Part shown: positions 21,585-35,586 of the stretch, piece by piece
Layout of the letters: each line of letters opens with the position of its first letter
Numbering within the stretch: the stretch's first letter is position 1
Assembly (NCBI GenBank): GCA_030704615.1
Contig: CM060731.1
Coordinates: 70,556,001 to 70,620,000, forward strand
DNA from: Takakia lepidozioides
Taxonomy: Eukaryota > Plantae > Bryophyta
Length of the DNA stretch: 64,000 bases
Reading direction: 5' to 3'
Position numbers and translations under genes: made by a program
The notes under the pieces: generated by a model
What the model was told of the DNA's origin: nothing
Databases searched by the model: none
Seen by the model: only the letters and a program-made list of their open reading frames with translations

Positions 21585-22870
21585 TGAAAGAAAGGGGCAA
21601 AACATTTCCCCACGATATTCACTTCAAATCACCAGAGTACCATTCCGTTCCACCCATGCCGCTGCGGAAGAGAAAACATAGGTAGGACACACATCCGTCA
21701 CAGATAAACAACTGCCTTGCATGTGATCTCGCATGCTGCAAACACCCAACATAGCCTTTATAGATTCCCCCCTGAAGGATGGGCCTTGCCCGTGAAGAGC
21801 AGTCACCCTTTTATATTCATGGTACCCCCGTCAGATGGCCTGATCGAACTACCCGAGCCTACCCGGCATCCGCTCATTTTCTCTCACTCCTTCTCATCTT
21901 TTACCTCTCGAGTCCAAGGGTCAGATCCAAATACACTCGTCAGTTACGCACGAGCTGTGGGTTTGACTGACCTTATGGAAACAATCAACAATGCTGCCAC
22001 TTTACAGATGCACCCTAATATTCCATCAATGCAATGTGGAGTTTCCCCACTAGGTGGTTTGAGTGATGCACTACCTACAAGCCCTGATTTCCCAGCTATT
22101 GCACCCACACCTTTTACATGCTCAAACTGACCATAGCTGCAATCAGACTTCCCTCATGCACCAATGCAAGAACTAATGCATCATGCAAGAGCGATTTCAG
22201 ACTAAAAAACCAAGCAATGACCCAAGCAATGACCCAAACAGTCGATTTTTACTTCTTCATCAGCATAATCCTTCATCTACACAAAATAACGAGTGTGGAG
22301 CTTAAAGCCCAAGTCTCTGGTTCACGTCACCATCAACATCTCCACTTCTCTACCTCATTGCCTCCTGTCTCACTATTCTCTGCCCAAAAGTAAGAAGAGC
22401 CACCTTCTCACCAAAAACTGCCTTAAAACCCAAACCCCACTTGCCTGTGCAATTATTACACCTACAGCTCCTATAGTCGACCATATCAACTAGCTCTATC
22501 CAGAAAACTAACTCAGCCGCTATTGCAGAATACTGACTAAAGAGCAGGAAAGTAAATTGCAATAAAAAACTAAGGCATGTAGACTGATGTTTGCTCCAGA
22601 ATACAAAGTGTCAGGAGCTTGCCGTACCCATGCTTGTGTGCTTGCATGAAAAACGCCGTCACTCATCAATCCCGCCGATCTAGGGCACATGGATGTTTGG
22701 CGGATGGATGTCTTCATCCAATGAGTCATAATTCATCCATCACTATTATTCATCCAACTACTTAATTGTTGTAAAATCTTAAGTACTTAGCCCATCGAGT
22801 AGCTGCAAAAATAACCACATATTCACACTACATATGTGGTGTGGCTCACTTTTTTTAAGTGACAGCGTCC
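21585..22870 (-). repeat. 3' LTR (~1.3 kb) of the RT-less element
   Basis: Ends ...ctttCA at 21585. Inner boundary uncertain (TG at 22864 or 22889, after purine-rich tracts). Confidence 0.7.
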
Positions 22871-25800
22871 GCGTTGTCCCTTTCCTCCATGGGTGTTCCT
22901 CCTTTGCGGTGAAGAGCAAGATCCCTCCTGCTTCTTGTCCAAGTCTTCCCCGCCCCATCCTTCAGTGTGCATCTGCGCTCGGCCTCCATGCCTTTGGGCT
23001 GATTTTCATGATCCTTGTATCCCACAAAGGTGTACGGTCCTTCCCAGGGACTGGTCATGGCACCTTTCCTGGTCTTAGCATCATGATCAGTGATCCTGCT
23101 TCCAGCACAGCATATTCATGGCCCGTCTTCTGCCTCCTCTCATAGTCCCTGGCCTGCTGTCTTTGTCCCATTTTAACATTAGCCTTGAGCTGCGCATCTA
23201 GTTCAGCCAAGAACTTTACTTTGTCTTGTAGCTGCTGAGCAATTGCTGCCGGAGAATCATCTGTATTCACCACTTGGGTGAGATCTTGTAACCTATTATC
23301 CACACCCAACCTTGGCACTCGCCCTGTCAACACCTGAAATGGTGAAAATCGTGTGGTAGATTGTCTTGACATCTGGTAGCCCAAGAGAGCCCTGTATAAA
23401 TTTTGGTCCCACTCGGCATCCCCAAGCACTCCCAGTGCTGTGATGCTTTGCTTCAAGGTCTTGATGATCCTCTCGACCATCCCATTGCATTGGGGCCAGT
23501 ACGGTGCGCTGTGTTCGCGTCTGATCCCAAATCTGTCACATACTTTGGCAAACTCACCTCCCCACTCAGATCCATTATCAGAAAGAATGACCACAGGACA
23601 CCCATATCTGCTAATTATCTCAAGAATCTGGCCGTTAGAGCTGCAGAATGACCTGACACTGGGCATGCCTCCACCCACTTGGAATAGTGGTCAATGGCCA
23701 CCAATACATATTTGTTTCCTCTTTTGGTGACTGGAAAAGGGCCTGCCGTGTCAATGGCTATTCGGTAGAACAGATCAACAATGGGAATGCTATTAAGTCT
23801 GGATGATCCTGAACGTACCAAGCCCTTGTGATTGGCACTCTGACACTCTGGACATTTCAGCAGCATGCTGCGGATCAGCTGGGTTCGGTTGTGCCAGAAG
23901 TATCTCCTGCAAATCTCCTCTTGTGTTTTTCGCACTCCCAAATGCCCAATTATGGTGTGCAGATCCAGAATTATCGCTTGGCGGTTTGCTTTTGGTGGCA
24001 CGAGCTTGCCCTCATAGAAGACTTCCCCTTTTGCGTAGGAGTATTGCCTGGCCCGGCGTACAGCTCGTGCTTTCTCCTCCCGGCTCAAGTAGTCATTTGG
24101 CTCACCAAATGCAAGTATATGCATGCATTCGATGTCGTCAAGTATGTCAGGCTGTACTTCCTCCCGATGTGTGCACATTTCCTCCTCATCACTGCACACT
24201 GTGGCACCTTCTCCTAGCTGCTCAGCTTCCAAAAGTAAGCTTACTTGTTCCTTTTTGGTGGGAGTCACCCACATTCTTCTACCCTTTGACCAAAAAAGCT
24301 CATCATTCATGGTTCTGGTATAGGGTCCTTCATCCAGGTTGCTCCGCCAGTGAGCTCTGTCATCCATGATGCTGGCAGGAGACCTTGCTTGAGAGCCCGG
24401 GCCCATGCTGCAGCCTTCTTCTCTTGGCTGTCTTGCCTGGTCTTTATGGCTGCTGCCACTGCTGGAGGCTTTTGAGAGAGAGGTACTCACTCCCGGCACT
24501 GTACACTTGCTGGTGTCATCTCCCTGTGCGGTGGCGCTATGCAGCTCTTCCAATCGCTGCTTCCCCTTTCTCGTCTGCACCACATTAATTGTGGGCAACA
24601 TGCTGGGCCCCCAATCACTTAATGGCCTCCCCTTCTGTTCTCTCTGCTTCCCACACTCTGCGCTCATTGCTGATTCAGAATTAGCCTCATATCTTGTGGG
24701 TGACACTGAACAGGTGCGCATGCGTTCAGTCCCTTACACTGGCTGTAGAAGCTGCATACTTGCAAGCCCCTCCGTGCTCCATTCCTTGGTTCCGGGTTGT
24801 CACACACTGAATCACCTATACTGATTGGTATGGCTCCCATGCCAGCTGATTCAGACAAATACGCAACAGGCTTTCCCCGATCTGTCATGTTTTCATTGGG
24901 GACAATGTCAGTTGTGCACCTCCCAACATTGCTGTCCCCTGGAGCCTGTACTGACAACAGAATGCCCTTCATAGCTACAACAGGCTGCATGGCCATCTTG
25001 CATTCATCAGCCTGCGTTGCATTCGTTTCTGTACTCTGGCCACCCTCCATCTCATGAATTACACCATGCAGGAGGGGCACCATGTTCCACACATCCTCTT
25101 CATCATTCAAATCGTCTAGATCAAATTGTTTGGCCAGGTTGTGGCCTTCATCAGACCGGCCCACCACTGTTGGCAGCGTCTCGATCATCCTACCAGCAGC
25201 TGGCGGCTTGGCACACCCTTTGCCTGTCTCTGTTGCATTCTGTTCTACAGTCGTCATGTTGATGGTGGGCATGGCACCGCCCCACTCTTCCCTGGTGGAT
25301 TGTGCATACACCATTGGCCACCTGCCATAATGCTTGGGCTCCATAGCTGCCTTTGCTTCATCACATTTTCTTGCCTCCTCCTGATCCAGTGCAGGCTGCC
25401 TTACATCCATCGTGTGGCCAGAGTGTAGGCCACTGCTACAGCTTCTCCAGGTGACAAATGCAGCTACCCTTGGCTGCTCGTGGTGGGTTTCATGTTCGAC
25501 AGATGCCCTTTCCCCACCAATGGCTGTTGCCTCCCCTACACGTGGTGCAGTGCTCACCTTCCTGCACTTAAGATTTCCTGCCAGATAGTCTTCACACACA
25601 GCTTTCTCACATTCACTCACTAAACTGACATTTTGCAACACTTCTTTGTCATCCAAACTCACTCTTTTCATCTCATTTAGGGCTGTTCCCCCAAGGGTGC
25701 CCATCTTTCTCAAGCCTTCCTTAACAGTGACGCCCTCCTCAAGGTGCCTCTCCCTCAAGCTGGTTTCTACAAATTCAAACACAAAATCCTCCAGCACGTT

Positions 25801-28535
25801 CTTGCCCTTATGGTGCCCTGACCAGAGCCACCTGTACGGGTCCAGATCAGTTAGCACATAGAAATGTTGCCCCTCCAGTTGTTCCCTAAAGTACCCAAAT
25901 GCCCATACGCTCCTCTGATACTCTTCTCTCTTAAAAGCGAGACTGCATGGGTCTAATTTATACAACACCTCTCTGGAAACTTGAGACTCAGCCTTTTACC
26001 TTTCTCCCCACACCAATACAATCTAGCATGGGCATACCCTAGAGAGATCACTATCTGAAGAAGAAAGAAACCCTCGGAGTTCTCCCTTTCCTTGTCCCTG
26101 TCCATCATTGTACTGTTGGTTCTTATTTGCTCGGCGCTTGCAGCACATGGGCACTTCTGCTTGTGTGCAGCCTTCCAGACCTCGGCATAACATTCACCTT
26201 CACAGGGTTTACACATGGGCTGTCTATCCGATGAGGCCTTACTCATAGCCACCAACACTGGCTCATGACCTCGAGTTTCTTGGCAAAACAGGGCTCCTTC
26301 CATCTGTTGCAGATCCGTTTCTGTGTTTCCCAGGCCTTCATGCTCAAAAGTGCCTATGCTGGTATTGAGTTCCATTGCACCTACCTGATGGCAAGAAACG
26401 TTTCTACCCTTGGCCTTTCCTCCACTCAATCACCTCCATAACCTGGCAATGCCCTTCAGCTTGCTTTGTATTCCACTGGCACCCTTCCCTTTTCTTGACT
26501 GGCTTGTGGTCCCCGTTTGTGTGTGTAGGTTTTTCAGTAAGTTGATTGTTCCCAACTTCTTCTTCTCTTCATGCAATTCTTTACACGTTCCCCAGCTCCC
26601 TTGGGAGTGTCTAGATTGTGACATCTCCGTTCCATGTTTTTGCCATTCAGCTGGCTTCCGGACGGCCTGCTCCCTGGCTTTGACATATCTGATCGTCCCT
26701 TCCTGTTCTTTGACTTGCTCAGCACCGCATTGCAGCATTGAAACTCCAGAGACAGCTTCCAGGTTTGGTGGTGCGTACTCACTGGCTTCTGGGGCTTCGC
26801 CCCTTTTTGTGATGGCTGCACTGACCCCTTGAGGGCTGCCCAGGTGAGTCTCTGATTCCCTCAGTTGTAGTGTCGTGCTGCGCCCATGGTTAGCAAGCAA
26901 TTCGCACTCATAATTAACCATCGCCATCAGCTGCTGCCTTAGCTCCATCTTCTCCTTGTCAGAGTTCATGGCTGCCACCTCGAACTCTTGTATCCACCTT
27001 TTCTTCAGACCATGTGTGGCATTGCACCGTTGCACATCAGTTTCAGGTTCCTCTTCACGCAGACTAACATGATCCTCTTTGACACCCAGAGCCACTTCCT
27101 TTTGCTGATACAAGGTTCGCGGAGGGTCACCAGTCAACTGGTCGACTGGCATCGTCCTCCCATCCTCCACATCTCCACCTTTCCCAGAGCTAGAGAGAGC
27201 CTCACATCTCTCATCGCCACTGTTAAAGTGTTGTGTCTCTTCCTTGCTATAATGTCCCGTCTCAGCTACAGGGCGTGATGTCAGTGAATCATCTTCACAA
27301 GCAATCCTCAACTCATTGGCATCTTGCTCTTCCAATGTAGCAGTTATGCAGGCCAACATGTGATCTTCATCATCACAAAACACCTCATCAAAACGAGCTG
27401 CTTCACCAACCACAGCAGATACTGCCCTAACATGCAAAGTGGAAAGCAGATTGCTGATTGCCAACGGAGCGTTATGGCTTCCTTCTTCTTTCTGAACCAG
27501 CTTTACTACAGCTGCTGCTGGCTGCCCATCAGTGTAGACCTCCTTAGATGCCATGATTCCCGGCTTCCATACCTGATTTGGTGAGCCATCCAGCTCGCCT
27601 TTGTCCCTGTTGGGATCTGATAGCTTCATCCTTCCACCAAGAACATTTTGATCTCCTTCTTTTGAACCTTTCAGCGGCTGCCTCCATGCCATCTCCTCGT
27701 GAGGGTTTGATATAGCAGCAGCAAACTTCTCCTCGTTCGTGCCACCGAACTTCTTCAAAAGCCCAGCTGGTAATTCATAGCAGTTTGATGGTCGTGGCTG
27801 TTGCATTCTGTACCAGGCATCAGCCTTCCCAAACAAATTTAGTCTCGCCACCTTGGGCAGCTTATCTTTACTTATCTTTGCCTCATCCATGGCCCTTTGC
27901 ACTCTTGCAAACCATTCCACCACATCTTCGGATTGAGTGCCAAAAAAAGGGACACCCACCCCAGCGGGGCCGATGGTACCTTGCATGGTGCTTGTTTCGA
28001 GCATATTTTTGCTCACAGTACTCCCTTCACTTGTGATTCCCAGTGCCTCCTGTGTTTCGTAAAGGCTCCTCGTGAATGCCAATTTTTGCTTGAACAAATC
28101 TCTCCTCCAGTTAGCGTCTCTCCCTCATGCACCACTTCAGCGGGTACCGGTCTTCTCAGGATGTCTGAGCCTTAGCCAATTACTTCTTCACGTCCAGCTT
28201 TTCATTCAACAATTTTAATGCCTCCTTCTTTGTGGAGTTGCACTTGCCGCTGTCTAAGGGCTTGTTGTGGAAAGCCTGGCCCGTGGAAGATTCTCGGATG
28301 CGCACTATTTGGACTCTCCCTTCTCAGCCGGTGTTCCCTTCTGAACCTGGATTACTTGAAGACCCAACCTGTAGAGTTTCTTGTTCACAGCTAAAGATCC
28401 AACATCCTACAAGTTGCTTCGTTATTACAAGTAGGTCAAATCAACACGATCCGGGCTATGTATTCACACATGCACAAAGCAATCTGTCACAAAGGAACTC
28501 AACAGAGCCAGAGAATGACATCAGCTCTGATGCCA

Positions 28536-29451
28536 AAGAAAGGGGCAAAACATTTCACCACGATATTCACTTCAAATCACCATAGTACCATTCCGTCCCA
28601 CCCATGCCGCAGCGGAAGAGAAAACATAGGTAGGACACACATCCGTCACAGATAAACAAATGCCTTGCATGTGATCTTGCATGCTGCAAACACCCAGCAT
28701 AGCCTTCATAGATTCCCCCTTGAAGGGTGGGCCTTGCCCGTGAAGAGCAGTCACCCTCTTATATTCATGGCACCCCCGTCAGATGGCCTGATCGAACTAT
28801 CCGAGCCTACCCGGCATCCGGTCATTTTCTCTCACTCCCTCTCATCTTTTACCTCTCGAGTCCAAGGGTCAGATCCAAATACACTCGTCAGTTACGCACG
28901 AGCTGTGGGTTCGACTGACCTTATAGAAACAATCAACAATGTTGCCACTTTATGCACCCTAACATTCCATCAATGCAATGTGGAGTTTCCCCACTAGGTG
29001 GTTTGAGTGATGCACTACCTACATGCCTTGATTTCCCAGCTATTGCACCCACACATTTTACATGCTTAAACTGACCATAGCTGCAATCAGACTTCCCTCA
29101 TGCACCAATGCAGTAACTAATACATCATGCAAGAGCGATTTCAGAGTAAAAAACCAAGCAATGACCCAAACAGTCGATTTTTATTTCTTCATCAGCATAA
29201 TCCTTCATCTACACAAAATAACGAGTGTGGAGCTTAAAGCCCAAGTCTCTGGTTCACGTCACCATCAACATCTCCACTTCTCTACCTCATTGTCTCCTGT
29301 CTCACTATCCTCTGCCCAAAAGTAAGAAGAGCCACATTCTCACCAAAAACTGCCTTAAAACCCAAACCCCATTTGCCTGTGCAATTATTACACCTACAGC
29401 TCCTATAGTCGACCATATCAACTAGCTCTATCCAAAAAACTAACTCAGCCG
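28536..29451 (-). repeat. Truncated 5' LTR of the RT-less element
   Basis: Highly similar to 21587-22519; similarity stops after actcagccg. Abuts the PBS. Confidence 0.85.
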
Positions 29452-30000
29452 TCATCGCAGATATTGACATTAAGGAGCAACAGGGTTGATCTGTTTTCCA
29501 CAAGCACGCATCATTCTGCTGCATTGGGCCGGGCGGAAGTTGAAGCCTCGAATGATGACAACCTGCCACTACAATTCCACCTTAACCGACATGTTGCGTA
29601 GCAGACCCGTGGTTCCTCACATGCCGGACCATCTAATGCCGGTCCATCTCGGGCAGATCCCCCTCCAGTACCTCCTTCGAGACCACATTCGATTACGTCC
29701 CAAGTCCATAAACGATAGAGAACAGTCCAACCTTTTGTAGGCGATCGGCCCGCAAACAGGCAAGATACCGTGAATGGTATTCAAGACCGGAGTGGGAGTC
29801 GACCTCAGAGAGAACTAAATGTGGTTTGAGGTCGCTTGTAGATTCAAAGGCCTGGACCTATGAGGTCGGATATGGAAGAAGATTCCAGCATTGATCATGG
29901 CAATGGCGGTGAAGTCGAGGGTGACCCGGATTTTCAACCCATCGGAGCATTAGAATTAGGATCTTTTTCGTCCCGCCGTCGAGGCAGTAGAAGGAATTGA
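29452..30000 (+). pseudogene. 3' remnant of an unidentified low-complexity coding sequence
   Basis: One frame reads ..AEVEASNDDNLPLQ..GSSHAGPSNAGPSRADPPPVPPSRP..DMEEDSSIDHG..DPDFQP..RRRGSRRN* with several stops, followed by AT-rich UTR-like sequence. Confidence 0.4.
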
Positions 30001-30264
30001 AGCAAAACAGCTGTAGGCATGCATCAGCACATTTTAGTTGACATGTTTATATTTCTGTAGTGAAGTAATACCAGTATGATCATTATCACTATGAGTATTT
30101 GTATTGTTGTTGTGTATGTGTTGAAAAATAAAAGATGTTGTCTATGTGTATACCAGCCAAAATGTCGGCTAAATGCTTATGTTTGTGTTCGGTGATTTGC
30201 TTGTGGAAAGGAGAACAATTGTGCCATGCTTCCAACTCTGCATTCAGTTTTATTTTAAGTGAAC

Positions 30265-32140
30265 GCGATGTAATAGCGATCGTCTTTTGTTTCTTCATAA
30301 AATTACTGGTGGTCGCTTTAATTTCTTCTTTTTTTTGAAAATCCAGCGACCGCCAATAATGGCGGTCGGTTGTTTTTTTAATTTTGGAAAATGGATCGAC
30401 CGTCATATTTAACAGTCGTTTTTTTAGGATTTTTAAATGGAACGACCGCCAAGGTGGCGGTCGCTTCTACGAGGTGTGCCCTGCGCATGGAGCGAGGAGT
30501 GAGGCGAGGGGAGGGGGGCATATAAGCTCAGACTCATTCTCCCCTCACTTCCATTACAGGCGGTCGCTTGAACTTTTTTTTTGTTTTTATAAATGCAGCG
30601 ACCGCCATTACTTTTTTTTGTGAAATGGAGCGACCGCCATTTGTGGCGATCCATTTTTTTTGTTTTTAAATGGAGCAACCGCCAAGGTGGCGGTCGCTTC
30701 TACGAGGTCTGCCCTACGCGTGAAGCGAGGAATAAGGGGGGGGGGGACATATAAGCTCCCAGTCATTCTCCCCTCACTTCCATTACTGGCAGTTTTTGTT
30801 TTTACAAAATGCAGCGACCGCCATTACTGGCGGTCGTTTATTTACTTATAAATGGAGCGACCGCGAAGGTGGCGGCCGCTTCTACGAGGTCTGCCTGTGT
30901 ATGGAGCAAGGAATGAGGCGGGGGGGCATATAAGCTCCCAGTCATTCTCCCCTCACTTCCACTACTGGCAGTTTTTGTTTTTACAAAATGTAATGCTGTA
31001 ATGGTTATTTCTTAAAATGCGCTTACATTTTTTTATTTTTGGAAATGGGGCGACCGCCATTACTGGTGGTCGTTTGTTTTTTTTTTAAATGGAGCGACCG
31101 CGAAGGTGGCGGTCACCTCTACGAGGTCTGCCCTTGCGCATGGAGTGAGAAATGAGGCGGGGGGGCATATAAGCTCCAAGTCATTCTCCCCTCACTTCCA
31201 TTACTGGCAATTTTTGTTTTTACAGAATGCAGCGACCGCCATTTCTGGCGGTCGCTCTAATGGTTATTTTTTAAAATGCAGCGACCGCCGTTACTTGCAG
31301 TCTTTTTTTTTGGAAATGAGGCGACCGCCATCACCGGCGGTCGTTTTTTTTTTTAAATGAAGCGACCGCGAAGGTGGCAGTCGCTTCTACGAGGTCTGTC
31401 TTGCGCGTGGAGCGAGGAATGAAGGGGGGAGCGATATACATGGCGGTCGCTTTTATTTTAATTATTTTGGAAATGAAGGAACCGCCGTTATTGGCGGTCG
31501 TTTTTTTTTATTGAGCGACCGCCATTAGAGGCGGTCGCCGCTATTGTTGTTTTTTGTAATTGCAGCGACCGCCATTAGTGGCGGTCGCTTTTATTTAAAT
31601 TTGGTTGGAAATGGAGCGACCGCCATTTGTGGCGGTCGCTTTTATTTTTAATTATTTTGAAAATGAAGCGACCGCCATTACAGGCGGTCGCTTCTCTGTT
31701 TTTTGCAGGAAAATTGAGCGACCGCCATTACGGGCGGTCGCTGCAAATGTTTTTTTTTTTTTTTGTAAATCCAGCGACCGCCACTACTGGCGGTCGCTTT
31801 TATTAAAATTTTGTTGGAAATGGAGCGACCGCCATGACTGGCGGTCGCTTCAATTCTTAATGTCTCTGTAAATGTAGCGATCGCCTATGTTGGCGGTCGC
31901 TTATTTATTTTATTTTCGGAAAATGGAGTGACCGTCAGTTCTGGAGGTCGTTTTTTTTTTTTTCAACGGAAATTGGAGCGACCGCAAGTTCTGGTGGTCG
32001 TTTTTTTTTTTTTTTTTTTCCCGGAAAATAGAGCGACCGCCAAGTTGGCGGTCGCTTCTAGAAGGCTCGCCTTGCACGTGACCCGAGGAATGAGGGGGAA
32101 AGGGGCCATATAAGCCAAAAGAGGCTCATTCTCCCCTCAC
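30265..32140. repeat. Array of GCGACCGCC-N4-6-GGCGGTCGC palindromes (roughly 30 copies) with T-rich linkers and an embedded higher-order repeat
   Basis: Directly visible, e.g. gcgaccgccattactggcggtcg. The unit tctacgagg..catataagctc..tcattctcccctcacttcc recurs near 30466, 30699, 30880, 31119 and 32057. Confidence 0.92.
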
Positions 32141-32427
32141 TTCCTCTCCACACAACTTCTGTATGCGTGACATTTCATTATTCCACGACACGTAGTCACG
32201 TGGAGAAGGAGGCCATTGGTTGGGTGGGGGGTATTTTTTGCCGCGATTTCTTTGAGGTCGTCGCAGAATGCTCCCATAGGCCCTCCTCTGGCTTCCAGGA
32301 TCATTTTATTCTATAAAATTAGCTTTTAGGAATTATTTTAACACCTACTCAAACTCGTTTAGGGTGAAGGATTTAGGGTTACGTCTTACTAATAAACCTC
32401 GTTTAGTGTTGCTCCGATTGTTGCAGA

Positions 32428-34777
32428 ATGGCAGAGGGCCAGGACGATGAACGTCATGGAAGAGATGACCCTAATGAATATGGACCGCCCTCTAAGAAAA
32501 TCAAAGGGTCAAGACAAGACTTGAATTGGAAAGTATATGGTGACCCTAGCATACTAGCAGAAGAGGGCTGGGAGGATATTCCGGAAGAGTTCAAGTGGCC
32601 GATGGCGAAATGCAAAAAATTTGTGAAATGGTACCACATCAATCGATTGTGGCCTTTGGATAGGCATGACGTGCAAACCCGAAACAATTACGCAGAGTCC
32701 AGGTCTTGCACGAACTTGCATTTCCAGCATAGGGCGAATGAGGTGCATTGCACATTGTGGGGTCAACCGCTCTTAAAGGACCAAATCCCGTACACCTTGG
32801 CAGTCATGTTGTATGTGGAGGTCATACTCTTGCGTCCAGTGAATTGGCAAACTGCTAAGTAGGAGGAACGCAAGGTTGCTATACGATTTGGAGTATATCC
32901 CGGACACGTTCGGAATACAACCGGCTGCAACGTTAGAAGAACAATTGGTGGAAAGACATCAGCGAATCAGGACCCTGCAAGACCGACTAGACTGACAAAC
33001 ACTACGCATAGCCGAGTTGGAAGCTAGATTGCAAGACATGCCTCTAAACAATGAAAACATTGTTGTCCAAAATGAGTATTGAACAAACGTCGTGAACATG
33101 GATGCGCGGAGTTTGCGATGCCCGATCGCAGTATTGACCTCATCATTCACGAAATTACGGACGTCCTTGACCCTGTGGCCGATGAAACCATGGTTGAGGA
33201 ACAACGAATTGCGGATGAGAGAAGGAGAAAAGGAGAAAAAGAAAAGAACCAGTACTGGAAACCGGGGAATATTTGAGGGTCGTCATTCAATCCAAGATGA
33301 ACCCGATATTAGATATCGACCGCATTACAAATGAGCGGGACATTGTCATGGCAATTGTATGGCGCTTGTCCAAAACGCTGGAGATTCGGGCATGGGTCCC
33401 ATTGAATGGGGATTGGGAGAATTGGGTACAATGGGCGACCCATTTGGCCTCCAGAGAAGCACGGGTAGAGCGGGCACTGTCAGGCTTGTAACGTGTCGCA
33501 CGCATGTCGAACCGTAGCGTGGATAGCATTTATGCCAACATGCAAAGGTATAACGATCTCCGCATCACTTCAAGCGTGTTCGCCGGGTATACCAATTGGG
33601 GCAGATGTGGATTCTATGTTTAATCAATGTGAGCACAGAATTTTGGGGTCGAACAGAAGTATAAACTGGGAATTGGAGATATGGAAGAGTGGGACACCAC
33701 AACAAGGATGACTAGCCACATCAAACCGGCCCAAAGGGAGGAGATACCACGAGGCGTTTTGCCGTCATGGATATCAGATGGCACAGTTTGTTCGATGTGT
33801 AGGAATCCATACGGCCCAGAGGGATGTCATGTGCTTGGATCATGTGGACATATGTTCCATCTCACATGTCTTATCTCGCAAGCCTTGCGGATGAGCGTTT
33901 GCCCAAAATGTCGTATACCAATCCATCGCCGTTTCTATGAGCTGGTGGGCTTCGAAGAACGGATGCCCATAGGTTTTGAATACAATCGACACAACCTCCC
34001 ATTGGATGGGCTACCATTCACATTTCTGAATTGTGTGCATTGGGGCAAGAACTTGGTATGGGATGCAGATAGAGAGATGCATGGCATACATGCCGGAAAC
34101 TCGGCATACATCAAAGATCCCCAGTATTTCTGGGTCACATCTGACTGGGAGATAACCATACGTCGGGAGGCATTCGAGATTGGTGGGAGAGAGAGCAATT
34201 TTGGCGCAATCTGGGAGGGCATTGAAGTCAAAGAAGGTCCAGGTTTATCCGGCTCCCACAGGTTCCATGGGTGCCGGAGGAGAACAAATTGTATGACCAA
34301 CAACCGATTGGGAGACATTTGTTGCTGTCCGAACTGGAAGATGCTATAATATGTCAACGTCGAACGAATGAGGCGTACGAGGCAGCTTATGGTCGAAACG
34401 ACACAATGATTAGGGACAAGGCCCGCGAGAGGTAGTTGGAAAGTTTCAAAAGTGCCATCAAGGCAGTTGTAGAGAAATGGAGGCGACTATGGACAGACCG
34501 TTATCATCGTATTTCGAGGGTTCTATTGCCGGATGAGGACGGCCTCATTGCCGATTTGCATGCAGCCCGAGCATTTGTTCTTGATCCACCTCTGCCACGT
34601 CGTGAGAGTGAAGAAGAAAGTCAACTTTCGCCGCGAAGTAGGCGGATGCAGGCCAGAATTGATCACATGCCATTGGGTCCCTTACTGACCACGAGATCGC
34701 GGTCACAAGCTCTGGCAATTGGCAGTGCAAATCAGGCCATAACATCAAATTCCTTGTTCTCGGAGAGTGATGACTAG
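32428..34777 (+). pseudogene. Decayed gene encoding a RING-H2 finger protein
   Basis: ATG at 32428 directly after a ttgcag acceptor; broken frames. CSMC..SCGHMFHLTC..CPKC in ORF 33681-34349; acidic C-terminus ending at 34777. Confidence 0.7.
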
Positions 34778-35227
34778 GTTTTTAATGACTGACAGTGTAG
34801 TACATATATAATGTACAATTTTTGTTGTACCTTGAATATTGTTGGAAAACACAGTGATGGCATTCCGCCAATTTGTATATCGCCAATTTTGTTAATACAC
34901 AATGCACATATGCGGCACCTGCCAATTTCAATTGCATGAGCAGCGTTTTCTTCACATTCACACTCGTGTGATGGGGAAGAAGTAGTTCACCATGTAAACA
35001 AATTTACAATGATGTCATATTTGGTCATGACGTATATGTGGGTATTTGCAATGAACTCCGAAAGCTGGAGAACAAGGAAAATTGATATTAACCAATAAGT
35101 TATAACGAGTTACGAACAGTCATCTTCCAAAGAAATTTCGCCTGGTCCCTGCGTATGTCATAATCATTTCGCAAAATCTATGATCTTTCTCCGAACATAC
35201 CCACAAAGTTCTCAAAGCACAAAATAA

Positions 35228-35570
35228 TTTCGATTGATCTCATATTACACTGGAACGTATCAGAGGGTACATTGAACGCACTGGCCAAGTCTCAAAGCGA
35301 ACAAAAATCATTTGGATGGGCAACCATCCGTTGGCCCATTGAACGAATTTTGATTGATCTCATATTACTCTGGGACCTCTTACATGGTATATTGAACATA
35401 GTGGCCAAGTCTCAAAACGAACCAAAATCATTTCGATGGCCAACCATCCGTTGAGCCATCAAATGAATTTCGATTGATCTCATATTAGTCCGGGACCTGT
35501 GACAGGGTGTCTCGAACGTACTGGCAAAGTTTGGAAGCAAACAAAAATGATTTGGATGGGCAACCATCGA
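35228..35570. repeat. Three tandem ~120-bp repeats between the convergent cargo genes
   Basis: ttcgattgatctcatatta..tggccaagtctcaaa.cgaac.aaaatcattt.gatgg.caaccatc at ~35229, 35348 and 35469. Confidence 0.85.
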
Positions 35571-35586
35571 TCTACGAGACTATGGT

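Larger units (their letters stand above)
21585..29451 (-). mobile_element. LTR retrotransposon (Gypsy-derived) with gag-like ORF and integrase but no recognisable RT or protease; 5' LTR truncated
   Basis: Direct repeats 21585-22519 and 28536-29451. Met-type PBS tggcatcagagc at 28535-28524. Gag-like EDVVEWF..LFGKADAWY (26430-28097). Integrase HTIIGHLG..YFW..CPEC, IAIDTAGPF, SDNGSEW, NGMVER (23055-24100). Confidence 0.85.

Noticed and set aside
30265-32060. CRISPR-like look of palindromic repeats separated by spacers
   Set aside because: Linkers are low-complexity A/T tracts related to each other, repeat loops vary, there are no cas genes, and the context is eukaryotic.
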